Shown here one piece after another: positions 19,102 through 27,889 of a DNA stretch of 64,000 bases. Made by a program: the position numbers and the translations under genes. The stretch lies in assembly GCA_021325355.1 (NCBI GenBank), contig JAJPHI010000016.1, positions 103,733-167,732 on the forward strand, written 5' to 3'. The notes under the pieces are model-generated. The model was not told the origin of the DNA and searched no databases. It saw only the letters and a list, made by a program, of their open reading frames with translations. Position 1 is the stretch's first letter, and each line of letters opens with the position of its first letter. Source of the DNA: Pseudomonadota bacterium. GTDB lineage: Bacteria; Desulfobacterota; Binatia; Binatales; Binataceae.

Positions 19102-19656
19102 TCAGGCACGGACCTTATGCAGCTTGCGGCTGGACTTGGCGAGGCGGGCCGGTGCGGCTTTGCGTTGCGCCTGGCGCGACGGCACGGGTTTGGGCGTTCC
19201 GACGGCTTTGATCTCGGCGGGTTTGGCCAGCGTTACGACCGGGCCATTGTCAGCCGCAGCGGTCTTTGGCGCGGCGGCCTCCTGCCGACGGGCTTCCGCT
19301 TCACGCTCGAGCGCGGCGAGCTTCCGCTCTTTCCACTCGCGCAGGCCGCGTCGCATGTACTCGGGATTGATATCCAGCATCTCGCAGACGTTGTCGAACG
19401 AAAAAACCCAGTGTTTGTCTTCGAGTGCGATCCATTCGTCAGCGTCGCGGAACAATCGTTGTCCCTTGCTGCTCGACGCGTTGATACACTTCATGAAGCA
19501 CTCGATTGCGTCTTCAAGCACACTTAGAATAAGGCGCTTTTCGCCTTCAAGAAGATGCTTGCGGCGCATCGCCTCAAAATACTGGATCGGCAGAAGCGTA
19601 TCCGGCTCAAAGAGCGTCGGCAGCCTCTCATCCAGTGTATCTTTCTCCTGGTTCAT
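19102..19656 (-). CDS. hypothetical protein with a Lys/Ala/Pro-rich basic C-terminal tail, downstream of iscX
   Basis: The start is at the internal ATG (MNQEKD...), which is preceded by a ggaggaagg RBS. An acidic helical N-domain (about 120 aa) is followed by the tail AAPKTAAADNGPVVTLAKPAEIKAVGTPKPVPSRQAQRKAAPARLAKSSRKLHKVRA. Confidence 0.6.
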   Translation of the reverse strand: MNQEKDTLDERLPTLFEPDTLLPIQYFEAMRRKHLLEGEKRLILSVLEDAIECFMKCINASSSKGQRLFRDADEWIALEDKHWVFSFDNVCEMLDINPEYMRRGLREWKERKLAALEREAEARRQEAAAPKTAAADNGPVVTLAKPAEIKAVGTPKPVPSRQAQRKAAPARLAKSSRKLHKVRA

Positions 19657-19751
19657 CCTTCCTCCGTTAGTATCAAGGGCATCCACCACCGCCACCTCCC
19701 TGCTAGAGCAGTCTTAAAGTCAAGTTAAGGACGATATGTGGAGCGCGCTAT

Positions 19752-19976
19752 TCAATCGTCGCTCTCGCTATCCTCGTAAATTTCGTTCCAGGCCATTTGA
19801 ATCGCCTCCAATTTGCTTTCGTTGGAGGCTGCCGGGTCGTCATCGAATTCGTCGAGGTCAATCACCCATTGGCGCAGGTCCACGAAACGCACATCCAAAG
19901 GATTGAGTCCGGGGTGATTCTCACTGAGCACCTCGGCAATATCTTCGGCTTGATCCCACTTGAGTCCCATCGCCAA
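19752..19976 (-). CDS. iscX: Fe-S cluster assembly protein IscX (YfhJ)
   Basis: MAMGLKWDQAEDIAEVL...VRFVDLRQWVIDLDEFDDDP matches the IscX family nearly motif for motif. Confidence 0.8.
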   Translation of the reverse strand: MAMGLKWDQAEDIAEVLSENHPGLNPLDVRFVDLRQWVIDLDEFDDDPAASNESKLEAIQMAWNEIYEDSESDD

Positions 19977-19990
19977 CCTCCGCCTTGCGC

Positions 19991-21814
19991 TTAGCGCGAA
20001 AACTGCTCCAGGACTCCCTTCTGCAGGGCGTCGCGGATGGCAAAATCCATGATTCGTTCGGCAAACGGGCGGCTTACTTCGTTGAGTTCCTCGACCAGCC
20101 GCACGATTAATTGCCGATCGTTACCGGCGCGTGCCGTTTCGAGTTTCGCCGCCAACCGCTCCATCCTTTCGCGCTCTTCCTGATCGGCGAGTTCTTTATA
20201 TTCCATAAGCTGCTTATGCAGCGCTGTCAGCAGTTGATCGGCATCATTGCGCGCAGTTATCAACAGGCGCTGCTCGATATCCTCCTCACCGCGGTCGATC
20301 GACTCCTCGAGCATCCGCTCGATTTCCTCGTCGGTGAGCCCGTAGCTTGGCTTGACATCGACGGAATGTTCGCGTCCCGTACGCTCATCGCGGGCAGTGA
20401 CGTTAAGGATGCCGTTGGCATCGATCAAAAACGTGACCTCGATCCGCGCCATGCCGGCGGGTTGAGGAGCGATCGGACCGAGTTTGAAGCGCGCCAGGCT
20501 GCGACAGTCCCGCGCGAGTTCACGCTCGCCCTGGACGACGTGAATGTCGACGTGCGTCTGATTGTCCACCGCGGTGGTGAAGGATTCGGTCGCGCTCGTC
20601 GGGATGGTCGTATTACGGTGAATAATGCGTTCGAGGACGCCGCCCATGGTTTCGATGCCGAGCGAAAGCGGCGCCACATCCAGCAGCAGCATGTCGCCCT
20701 GGCCACCCGCAAGAACGCCGGCCTGGACGGCCGCCCCGAGGGCCACCACCTCGTCGGGATCGAGCGTGCAGAGCGGATCGCGGCCAAACAGCTCCTGGAC
20801 GCGACGCCTCACCAGCGGCATCCGGGTAGCGCCACCAACCAGGACCACCTGATCGATGTCCGACGGCTTCAGGCCCGCGTCGGCGAGCGCGCGCCGGCAA
20901 CATTCGAGCGTGCGGGTAACAAAGGGCTCGGCGAGACCTTCGAGCACGTCGCGCCGAAGCTCTTTGGCGAGCCTGCCGCTTGGGGTATCCAGGGCTACCG
21001 GGGTACTTTCGTCGTCCGACAGACGGCGCTTGGCGGCCTCGGCCGCGCTTCGTGCGCGATTCCAGGCGCTCCGGTCCTGCGCGATCGCGCCGCCCGCATC
21101 GCCGAGCAGCCAGTCAACGACGGCGCGGTCGATATCGTCTCCGCCCAGATGCGTGTCGCCATTGGTGGCGAGTACTTCGAAGATTCCGCCCTTGATATTC
21201 AGGATCGAGATATCGAAAGTGCCGCCGCCCAGGTCGTACACGGCAACCTTGCCCTCGGTCGCCTTCTGCAGTCCGTAGGCGAGGGACGCGGCCGTCGGCT
21301 CGTTCAGCAGGCGAACGACTTCGAGTCCCGCCAGACGCCCGGCATCGCGTGTGGCCTGGCGTTGAGCGTCGTTGAAATAGGCGGGCACGGTGATCACCAC
21401 CCGCTGAACCAGTTCACCGCCGAGGATAGCTTCGGCGCGCTGCTTCAGTGACTTGAGAATTTCGGCTGAGATCTCGGGCGGGGTGAAGCTGCGATCGCCC
21501 ACGCTGAAGCGAATCACCGACCCGGAGGTTTCGGCGAAGTTGTATCGTTGGCGGTCGCTCTTATCGAGATCGTCCGCACCGAGACCCATGTAGCGCTTGA
21601 CCGAACGCACGACGACGATATCGGCGTCGGCGCGCTCCTCGAGCGCGATCGCCTCGGTGCCGACAAAGGTCCGGCCCTGAGCGTCGAGCGCCACCACGGA
21701 GGGCACCAAAGCGGCTCCAGTGATCGGGTCGCGCAGGACGTGCGGCACGCCGTCGCGAATCTCCGCGATCAGGCTATTGGTCGTGCCGAGGTCTATGCCA
21801 AAAACGCGATTCAT
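19991..21814 (-). CDS. hscA: Fe-S protein assembly chaperone HscA (Hsp70 family)
   Basis: [17 protein letters not shown] and the other Hsp70 motifs are present. 607 aa, within the isc operon. Confidence 0.95.
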   Translation of the reverse strand: MNRVFGIDLGTTNSLIAEIRDGVPHVLRDPITGAALVPSVVALDAQGRTFVGTEAIALEERADADIVVVRSVKRYMGLGADDLDKSDRQRYNFAETSGSVIRFSVGDRSFTPPEISAEILKSLKQRAEAILGGELVQRVVITVPAYFNDAQRQATRDAGRLAGLEVVRLLNEPTAASLAYGLQKATEGKVAVYDLGGGTFDISILNIKGGIFEVLATNGDTHLGGDDIDRAVVDWLLGDAGGAIAQDRSAWNRARSAAEAAKRRLSDDESTPVALDTPSGRLAKELRRDVLEGLAEPFVTRTLECCRRALADAGLKPSDIDQVVLVGGATRMPLVRRRVQELFGRDPLCTLDPDEVVALGAAVQAGVLAGGQGDMLLLDVAPLSLGIETMGGVLERIIHRNTTIPTSATESFTTAVDNQTHVDIHVVQGERELARDCRSLARFKLGPIAPQPAGMARIEVTFLIDANGILNVTARDERTGREHSVDVKPSYGLTDEEIERMLEESIDRGEEDIEQRLLITARNDADQLLTALHKQLMEYKELADQEERERMERLAAKLETARAGNDRQLIVRLVEELNEVSRPFAERIMDFAIRDALQKGVLEQFSR

Positions 21815-21885
21815 TTCGGATTCTAATATCGCGATGCTGTTGCCAAAAGAATTGCTTATAAGGCCGAATGAAAGGACTCTTTTAG

Positions 21886-22536
21886 TCAGGCTGACGGCCG
21901 CGTGTCAAGTGCTTTTTCAATATCTCTTAACAAAGTACGCAGGTACGCTCTTCGGCTAAGGATACTGAGCAACTGCGCGACCGATTCGTCCGGGGGCGCA
22001 TCCTGAACCTGGTCGAGGCTGCAAAAGGTCGCGGCGAGCTCCCGGTCGAGCGCCTCGAGTCGATTTACGATCTCCATTCGCCGTTCGTTTACACGCTCCG
22101 TCAGATCAGACGCATCTGCCGGTACGGCGTTACGGCTTTGCGCAAATTCGGCCAGCTCTTCGTGGATATCGAAGACCATCTCCGCAACGTCTGCGGGCAC
22201 GCGACTGCCGTTCTCGCGCGCTTTACGTCCATGAAGCTCGAGCCAGTAGTTGGCTCGGGAAATTGGGTCGCGTAGGGTTCGATAAGCGCGAGTAAGTAAA
22301 GAAGTTGCAGTCAGGCTGGCTTTGCGAACTTCGGGCCGGGCGGCGGCGAAGCGATCAGGATGAAGCTCGCGCCCCAGCCGATGATAGGTCGCTTCGAGCT
22401 GTTCCGGGGCGATCGTGAGCTTGCGGGGCAGACCCAGAGCCGTAAACAGGTCCACATTTGCGGGCAACGGTCCACTGCAGTTCGAACATTGGAGAGATGG
22501 CTCAGCGAGCCGCCCGCATGACGGACATTGGATCAT
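21886..22536 (-). CDS. hscB: Fe-S co-chaperone HscB (J-domain) with an N-terminal Cys4 zinc-finger
   Basis: J-domain with HPD (RELHPDRF); three-helix C-domain; N-terminal CPSC...CSNC. Confidence 0.85.
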   Translation of the reverse strand: MIQCPSCGRLAEPSLQCSNCSGPLPANVDLFTALGLPRKLTIAPEQLEATYHRLGRELHPDRFAAARPEVRKASLTATSLLTRAYRTLRDPISRANYWLELHGRKARENGSRVPADVAEMVFDIHEELAEFAQSRNAVPADASDLTERVNERRMEIVNRLEALDRELAATFCSLDQVQDAPPDESVAQLLSILSRRAYLRTLLRDIEKALDTRPSA

Positions 22537-22566
22537 AGGCGCGACGCTCGAGCGTCATCCGGGAAC

Positions 22567-22881
22567 TCAGACCGTAAACGACTCGCCACAGCCGCAGGTG
22601 CGCTTGGCATTAGGATTGACCAGGCGAAAGCCGGAAGACATCAGCTCTTCGGCATAGTCGAGTTCCGAGCCGTTCAGGTAGAGAAAGCTTTTCTTGTCGA
22701 CGATGAGGCGGGCGCCGTCGCGCTCGAAGACCTTGTCGCGCTCCTTGGCCGAATCGATCTCCATCCGGTACTGAAGGCCGGAGCAGCCGCCGCCGACGAC
22801 CTTTACGCGGAGGCCGCCGTCGGGCCGATCTGCGGCCAATTGCTTGATTTTACCGACCGCGCGATCCGAAAGCGTAACCAT
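22567..22881 (-). CDS. iscA: IscA/ErpA-type Fe-S cluster insertion protein
   Basis: HesB fold with the C-x(n)-C-G-C triad (GGGCSG ... CGCGESF). Confidence 0.9.
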   Translation of the reverse strand: MVTLSDRAVGKIKQLAADRPDGGLRVKVVGGGCSGLQYRMEIDSAKERDKVFERDGARLIVDKKSFLYLNGSELDYAEELMSSGFRLVNPNAKRTCGCGESFTV

Positions 22882-22893
22882 CGCAAATCCGTT

Positions 22894-23310
22894 TCAGACG
22901 CTCTCCGCCTTCTTCGGCGTCTCGTCCGTCACCCGATGCTTGCGCCAGTCGGTAATCGCTGCCTTGATCGCATCCTCGGCGAGGACCGAACAGTGGATCT
23001 TGACCGGCGGCAGATTGAGCTCCTTCACGATAGCGCTGTTCTTGATCGCCATGGCTTCGTCGATATGCTTGCCCTTGACCAGCTCGGTTACGTAGCTGGA
23101 GCTCGCGATCGCGCTGCCGCAGCCGAAGGTTTTGAAGCGGGCATCTTCGATCATCCCGCTTTCCGGATTGATCTTGAGCTGCAGCTTCATAACGTCGCCG
23201 CATTCCGGCGCGCCAACCACGCCGGTGCCGACGTTTTCCTCGTCCTTGGCAAAGCTGCCCACGTTGCGAGGGTTGTTATAGTGATCGATTACCTTGTCGG
23301 AGTAAGCCAT
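22894..23310 (-). CDS. iscU: Fe-S cluster scaffold IscU
   Basis: Conserved GAPECGDVMKL, LPPVKIHCS and the IscU Cys triad. Confidence 0.95.
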   Translation of the reverse strand: MAYSDKVIDHYNNPRNVGSFAKDEENVGTGVVGAPECGDVMKLQLKINPESGMIEDARFKTFGCGSAIASSSYVTELVKGKHIDEAMAIKNSAIVKELNLPPVKIHCSVLAEDAIKAAITDWRKHRVTDETPKKAESV

Positions 23311-23368
23311 TGTTATTCACCCGGGCGCGGCGCCGGCCGCGTATCAGTTGCAAACGCCGTCTTGTGGA

Positions 23369-24589
23369 TTAGTCTGCCTTCCAAGCCACCGATTTGAGAT
23401 CGATCCCTTCCTTCGCCATTTCGTATAGCGGCGACATATCGCGCAGACGGGTCACTTCGCGGGCAATGCGATCGGTGACGAAGTCGACCTCCTCGGCGGT
23501 GTTGAAGCGTCCGAGGCCAAAGCGGATCGAGCTATGCGCCAACTCGTCGCTGACGCCGAGCGCGCGAATCACGTAAGAGGGTTCGAGCGTTGCCGAAGTG
23601 CAGGCCGAGCCGGAGCTCACGGCCACGTCGCTGATACCCATCAGTAGCGACTCACCTTCGACGTAGGCGAAGCTCAGATTGAGATTACCGGGCAGCCGTT
23701 CGGTCGGATGACCGTTGAGCGAGACCTCGTCGAGGCGTTCGAAGATGCCGGCCTGCAAGCGGTTGCGGAGGTCGGTCAGGCGGCGCGCCTCCTCGACCAT
23801 TTCGCCCTGCGCGACTTCGCAGGCCTTGCCGAAGCCGACAATACCCGTGACATTCAGGGTGCCGGAGCGCATCCCGCGCTCGTGGCCGCCCCCGTCCATC
23901 TGTGCGGTGAGGCGCACGCGGGGTCCCTTCGAGCGTACATAGAGCGCGCCGATCCCCTTGGGGCCGTAGAGCTTATGCGCGCTGAGTGAGGCGAGGTCGA
24001 TGCCGTCGCGCTCGACGTCGAGCGGCACTTTGCCGGCGGCCTGGACAGCGTCGCAGTGGAAGATGACGCCCTTCTCCTTCGCGATGCGGCCGATCTCGCG
24101 CACGGGATGGATCGTGCCGATCTCGTTGTTGGCGTACATGATCGTGATAAGCACGGTCTTGTCGGTGATCGCCTTGCGCACGTCGTCAGGATCGACCATC
24201 CCGTACTTGTCGACCGGCAGATAGGTTACAACCGCCTTGCCGGCCCGCTCGAGCGCGCGGCAACTGTCGAGCACCGCCTTATGCTCGGTCACGCAGGTGA
24301 TGACGTGGTTGCCCTTATCCTTGTAGAACTCGACAATGCCCTTAATCGAAAGATTGTCGGACTCGGTCGCTCCGCTGGTAAAGATGATCTCCTTAGGTTT
24401 GGCATTGATCAGCGCCGCAATCTGCTGTCGCGCACGATCGACCGCCTCTTCCGCTTCCCAGCCGAAACTGTGATTGCGGCTAGCCGCATTGCCGAATTTC
24501 TCGGTGAAATATGGCAGCATCGCCTCGAGCACCCGCGGATCCGTGGGCGTGGTGGCGTGATTGTCCATGTAGATCGGCAGCTTCAGCAT
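23369..24589 (-). CDS. iscS: cysteine desulfurase IscS
   Basis: PLP lysine motif [18 protein letters not shown] active-site Cys loop. 406 aa. Confidence 0.95.
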   Translation of the reverse strand: MLKLPIYMDNHATTPTDPRVLEAMLPYFTEKFGNAASRNHSFGWEAEEAVDRARQQIAALINAKPKEIIFTSGATESDNLSIKGIVEFYKDKGNHVITCVTEHKAVLDSCRALERAGKAVVTYLPVDKYGMVDPDDVRKAITDKTVLITIMYANNEIGTIHPVREIGRIAKEKGVIFHCDAVQAAGKVPLDVERDGIDLASLSAHKLYGPKGIGALYVRSKGPRVRLTAQMDGGGHERGMRSGTLNVTGIVGFGKACEVAQGEMVEEARRLTDLRNRLQAGIFERLDEVSLNGHPTERLPGNLNLSFAYVEGESLLMGISDVAVSSGSACTSATLEPSYVIRALGVSDELAHSSIRFGLGRFNTAEEVDFVTDRIAREVTRLRDMSPLYEMAKEGIDLKSVAWKAD

Positions 24590-24632
24590 GCAGTGCCCTC
24601 TTGGCTCCTCACCGCGCGAATTGAGCAGCGCG

Positions 24633-24647
24633 AATAGTGGACCTATT
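24633..24647. promoter_or_regulatory. inverted repeat AATAG-N5-CTATT about 40 bp upstream of the iscS start (possible Rrf2-type operator)
   Basis: aatagtggacctatt lies next to a TATATT/TAATAT -10-like element on the iscS strand. Confidence 0.2.
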
Positions 24648-24756
24648 GGGTATATTATGGCTGGAGCAGTCGCAATGTCAAAGCGGACCCGAAAAAATTT
24701 CCCGATGGCGCGGCAGGATAACGGGTCGGCATCGCTGCGGCAACCTTACCGCGCGG

Positions 24757-25080
24757 TCAGCGACTCGTAAACGGTCCCGGGCACTGCTCGTCGAAGCGAA
24801 TTATCAGAAGCTTACGGTCAGTCCGGATAGCTTTCAGCGCGGCTTCGCGGGTCTCTTCAAAGTGCTGCTGAAGCCAGGGTGCCAGCCGCTCCGCGAGCTG
24901 CGCGGCCGGCGCCGGCTCGAGGTCGCGCGTGACGATGCATTGCAGGGAGACCCGCTCGATGCCGTCTGCGCGCTCGAGCGTGAGCGTCAGGGTGGGTTCC
25001 GCGGGCGAACCCTCGACGGCGACTAGCTGCAGTTGATAGCGGCCTCGGCTGGTATGGAGCTCGATGGCACTCAGGGCTGC
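24757..25080 (-). other. coding-like 107-codon ORF lacking any in-frame ATG/GTG/TTG, in frame with secF (TGA, 8 codons, TAG, then the ORF)
   Basis: Hand translation gives AALSAIELHTSRGRYQLQLVAVEGSPAEPTLTLTLERADGIERVSLQCIVTRDLEPAPAAQLAERLAPWLQQHFEETREAALKAIRTDRKLLIIRFDEQCPGPFTSR*. GC3 is about 75 %, matching genuine genes. The overlapping plus-strand ORF is Arg-rich and antisense-like. Confidence 0.3.
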
Positions 25081-25107
25081 CTACCGCAAATCGGGCCAAG
25101 CCGCGCC

Positions 25108-26046
25108 TCAGGCGGCGCGAGCGCTTGCGCGTCGCGGGCCATGCCCGCGCTCCCAGAAGAGCACCACCGGGCCGGCGATATAGATCGAGGAATAGGTCCC
25201 GGTGATGATGCCGACGAACAGGGTAAAAGCGGCCGGGCGCAGAATCGGACCACCAAGCGCGAGCAGTGCTGCCAGCACGGCGAGCACCGTTCCCGAGGTC
25301 AGTACGGTTCGCGAGAGGGTTTCGTTGATCGCGCGATTCATGATGGAGGCGAGCGGTTCGCGGCGCCGTTTCGCCGAATCCTCGCGAATGCGATCAGAAA
25401 CAATAATCGTGTCATGGACCGAGTAGCCGATCACCGTGAGCAGCGCGGCGAGCGTGGTCAGATCGAACTCCAGGTGGGACAGGATCAAGGCCAGGCTCAC
25501 CACCAGCACGTCGTGAACCAAGGCGATGACAGCGCCGGCGCCGAAACTCCAACTGACGCCGCGGAACTGAAAGGCGATGTAGATACCCATCAGGATGGTC
25601 GCAAGGCTGACCGCGAGAAAGCCCCGCCGGCGCAGATCGCTGCCCACCTTGGCGCCGACCGTTTCGACGCGCAGCACTTCGACCCGGTTGGAATCGCCGT
25701 AACTCTGGTCGATGGCGTTCTTGATACTGCTGCCGATACTGCCGATGTTGCGGATTTGTTCAAAGCCGATGAGGTACTGATTCTGGTCGCGGGCGCCGAA
25801 GTCCTGCACCGTCACGTCGCCGAGATTGAGCGGCGCCAGAGCCTGGCGAATCCGTCCCGCATTGGTCGGATGATCGAACTTGATCTGCACCACGCTGCCG
25901 CCCTTGAAATCGACACCGTAGTTGAAACCGATGGTGAAGAGGCAGACCAGCGCGGCCAGATTGATCAGAGTCGAGAGCGTGACGAAGAAATAACGCTTGC
26001 TGACGAAATCAATATTGATGTCGGGACGAATCAGTTGGAGGGACAT
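25108..26046 (-). CDS. secF: protein translocase subunit SecF
   Basis: 312 aa, six TM helices, conserved SecF periplasmic loop and C-terminal TM bundle. Confidence 0.9.
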   Translation of the reverse strand: MSLQLIRPDINIDFVSKRYFFVTLSTLINLAALVCLFTIGFNYGVDFKGGSVVQIKFDHPTNAGRIRQALAPLNLGDVTVQDFGARDQNQYLIGFEQIRNIGSIGSSIKNAIDQSYGDSNRVEVLRVETVGAKVGSDLRRRGFLAVSLATILMGIYIAFQFRGVSWSFGAGAVIALVHDVLVVSLALILSHLEFDLTTLAALLTVIGYSVHDTIIVSDRIREDSAKRRREPLASIMNRAINETLSRTVLTSGTVLAVLAALLALGGPILRPAAFTLFVGIITGTYSSIYIAGPVVLFWERGHGPRRASARAA

Positions 26047-26163
26047 TTAGAGGCTTCCAGTCGCACCGCTGCCGTGCGATCCATCGCCGGAGGGTGAGCG
26101 GTCAGCCGCGTGCGACAGTAGGGTGATCGCAGATCTCAGCCCAAGGTGCAAGTGGCGGAAGGC

Positions 26164-26508
26164 TCAGGCCGCGGCCGGCTTGCTCCGCGCACACTTGTCG
26201 CAGAGATTGTTGACGTTCGCCGGATCCTCCTGCAGGCCCTCATCGAGCGAGTGGCAGACCTTCATGCATTTCGCGCAGATGAAGTAGATGCCCTCGATGG
26301 TCTTGTTGATGCGTTCGCGGTTCAGGATGCGCCCTTTGAGTTTCTCGAGGCGGATGCCCAACAGCTCGTGATACTGGCGTTTGATCTTTTTGCGCCCGGC
26401 TTCATCCTTGGGTAAGTCGCTGTCATCGACCGGTTCTTCGGCGGCGCTGTTCAAACCCGCGATCAGATCGCGTTTCGGGGAGGATTTGCTCTTGCGCGTG
26501 CGCACCAT
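26164..26508 (-). CDS. TraR/DksA family C4-type zinc-finger protein
   Basis: Coiled-coil region followed by C-x2-C-x17-C-x2-C (CAKCMKVCHSLDEGLQEDPANVNNLCDKC). Confidence 0.65.
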   Translation of the reverse strand: MVRTRKSKSSPKRDLIAGLNSAAEEPVDDSDLPKDEAGRKKIKRQYHELLGIRLEKLKGRILNRERINKTIEGIYFICAKCMKVCHSLDEGLQEDPANVNNLCDKCARSKPAAA

Positions 26509-26523
26509 GGCGGGCGGCCTCCG

Positions 26524-26697
26524 CTAGCGGGTGCGGCCGATATAGCCGCAGTTCTTTTCGCATACGACGTAGAACCCGCGCCGGCCGTAACCGGCAAACA
26601 TCGTCACCTTGCCCTCCGCACCGCAGCTTGGACACATATGCTTGCGCTGAATCTGCCCGCCGCCCTTTTCTGCCGTCTTTGCTTTCTTCTCAGCCAT
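26524..26697 (-). CDS. 57-aa zinc-ribbon protein (below the track length cutoff)
   Basis: Hand translation gives MAEKKAKTAEKGGGQIQRKHMCPSCGAEGKVTMFAGYGRRGFYVVCEKNCGYIGRTR*, with a CPSC ... CEKNC ribbon. Confidence 0.4.
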   Translation of the reverse strand: MAEKKAKTAEKGGGQIQRKHMCPSCGAEGKVTMFAGYGRRGFYVVCEKNCGYIGRTR

Positions 26698-26996
26698 AAT
26701 TATCCGCTTAAAACGCGTCCGAGAGAGTCCAAAAAAAGCCGATCACCATCTTCCCGCTGAAGGGATGATCGAGTGCTCGGAATGATAGTAGCCTAAATGC
26801 CGCTGACCGCCACAGTCAATATCAGGTGACCGCGACAGCGAACGCGGAGGTTGAACTTAAGCATGATTCGGTTGATTGCCAGTCGCGAGCGAGGTCATAC
26901 CGCGCGCAGTTCTTGAGTCGGCACAAAACCTCGCACCCGACATCGGGCGCCGGCGGGATTGCGTCGGCGCCCGATCCCGTCTAACCCTGAACCATC

Positions 26997-27827
26997 TTGA
27001 ACCGACCGCTGGCCGAAAACGATCCCGTCGTCTTCATCGATCGCAAGGGGCGTCGCTATCTGAAGGTTCTCGAACGCGGACGCAAACTGCTCATCCGCGG
27101 CGAGATCCTCGCCGATGAGCTGTGGGGCCGCGCCGAGGGCGCCCGCATCAGGTTCAGCTCCGGCGAGCCGTTCCTCGTGATGCGGCCGACCTATGCCGAT
27201 CTGATTCCGCTACTGCCGCGGGCGGCACAAGTGATCTATCCCAAGGATACCGGCCCGATGCTCCTGTGGGGCGACGTCTTTCCGGGGGCGACCGTAATCG
27301 AGGGCGGAGTCGGCGCCGGCGCCTTTACTATCGCTTTGCTGCGGGCGGTGGGCCCCACCGGGCGGGTAATCTCCTATGAGCTGCGCGAGGACTTCGCCGC
27401 CCGCGCCCGGCGCAACGTCGCGACCTTCTTCGGCGCGGCGCCCAACTGGGAAATCAAGGTCCGCGACCTCTACGAAGGCTTTGACGAAAGCGACGTTGAC
27501 CGCCTGTTTCTCGACCTGCCGGAACCGGGTCGCGCGCTCGATCTCGTGGCCCGGGCCCTGCGCCCGGGCGGGGTGTTCGTGACCTATGTGCCGACGGCGC
27601 TGCAGCTCAAAGAGGTGGTCGAGAGCCTGCAATTCCATCCGCGCTTCGCCGAGATCGAGAGCTTCGAGACCTTGATGCGCCATTGGCACGTCAAGGGGAT
27701 GAGCGTCCGTCCGGTTCATCGGATGGTCGCGCACAGCGCCTTCATCATCGTGGCGCGGCGGCTTGCCGAGGATGAGGACGGACCGGCATTCAAGCCGGAA
27801 GCGGCTGCCGAGGACGAAGAGAGCTGA
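26997..27827 (+). CDS. trmI: tRNA (adenine-N1)-methyltransferase TrmI (GCD14 family), TTG start
   Basis: N-terminal beta-domain followed by a class I MTase domain (GGVGAGAFTIAL). 276 aa. Confidence 0.8.
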   Translation: MNRPLAENDPVVFIDRKGRRYLKVLERGRKLLIRGEILADELWGRAEGARIRFSSGEPFLVMRPTYADLIPLLPRAAQVIYPKDTGPMLLWGDVFPGATVIEGGVGAGAFTIALLRAVGPTGRVISYELREDFAARARRNVATFFGAAPNWEIKVRDLYEGFDESDVDRLFLDLPEPGRALDLVARALRPGGVFVTYVPTALQLKEVVESLQFHPRFAEIESFETLMRHWHVKGMSVRPVHRMVAHSAFIIVARRLAEDEDGPAFKPEAAAEDEES

Positions 27828-27889
27828 TTCTCGCGAGCCATGGTCGCCGGCAACGGTTCTGCGGGATCAATCCCCGCGGCGACGTTCGC

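Noticed and set aside
20111-21451. 446-aa plus-strand ORF opposite hscA. Similar antisense ORFs lie opposite iscS, secF, treS, the HK, fabF, the ADHs and the amidohydrolases.
   Set aside because: All lie antisense to strongly supported genes and have Arg/Ala/Gly-skewed composition. They are expected artefacts at about 67 % GC.
24590-24756. Possible IscR type-1 box upstream of iscS
   Set aside because: Only a short AATAG-N5-CTATT palindrome is present. It does not fit the 25-bp IscR consensus. It is kept only as a low-confidence regulatory note.
24637-25026. 129-aa plus-strand ORF overlapping the start-less minus ORF
   Set aside because: It is Arg-rich ([11 protein letters not shown]...) with poor protein-like character. 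The minus frame looks far more genuine.
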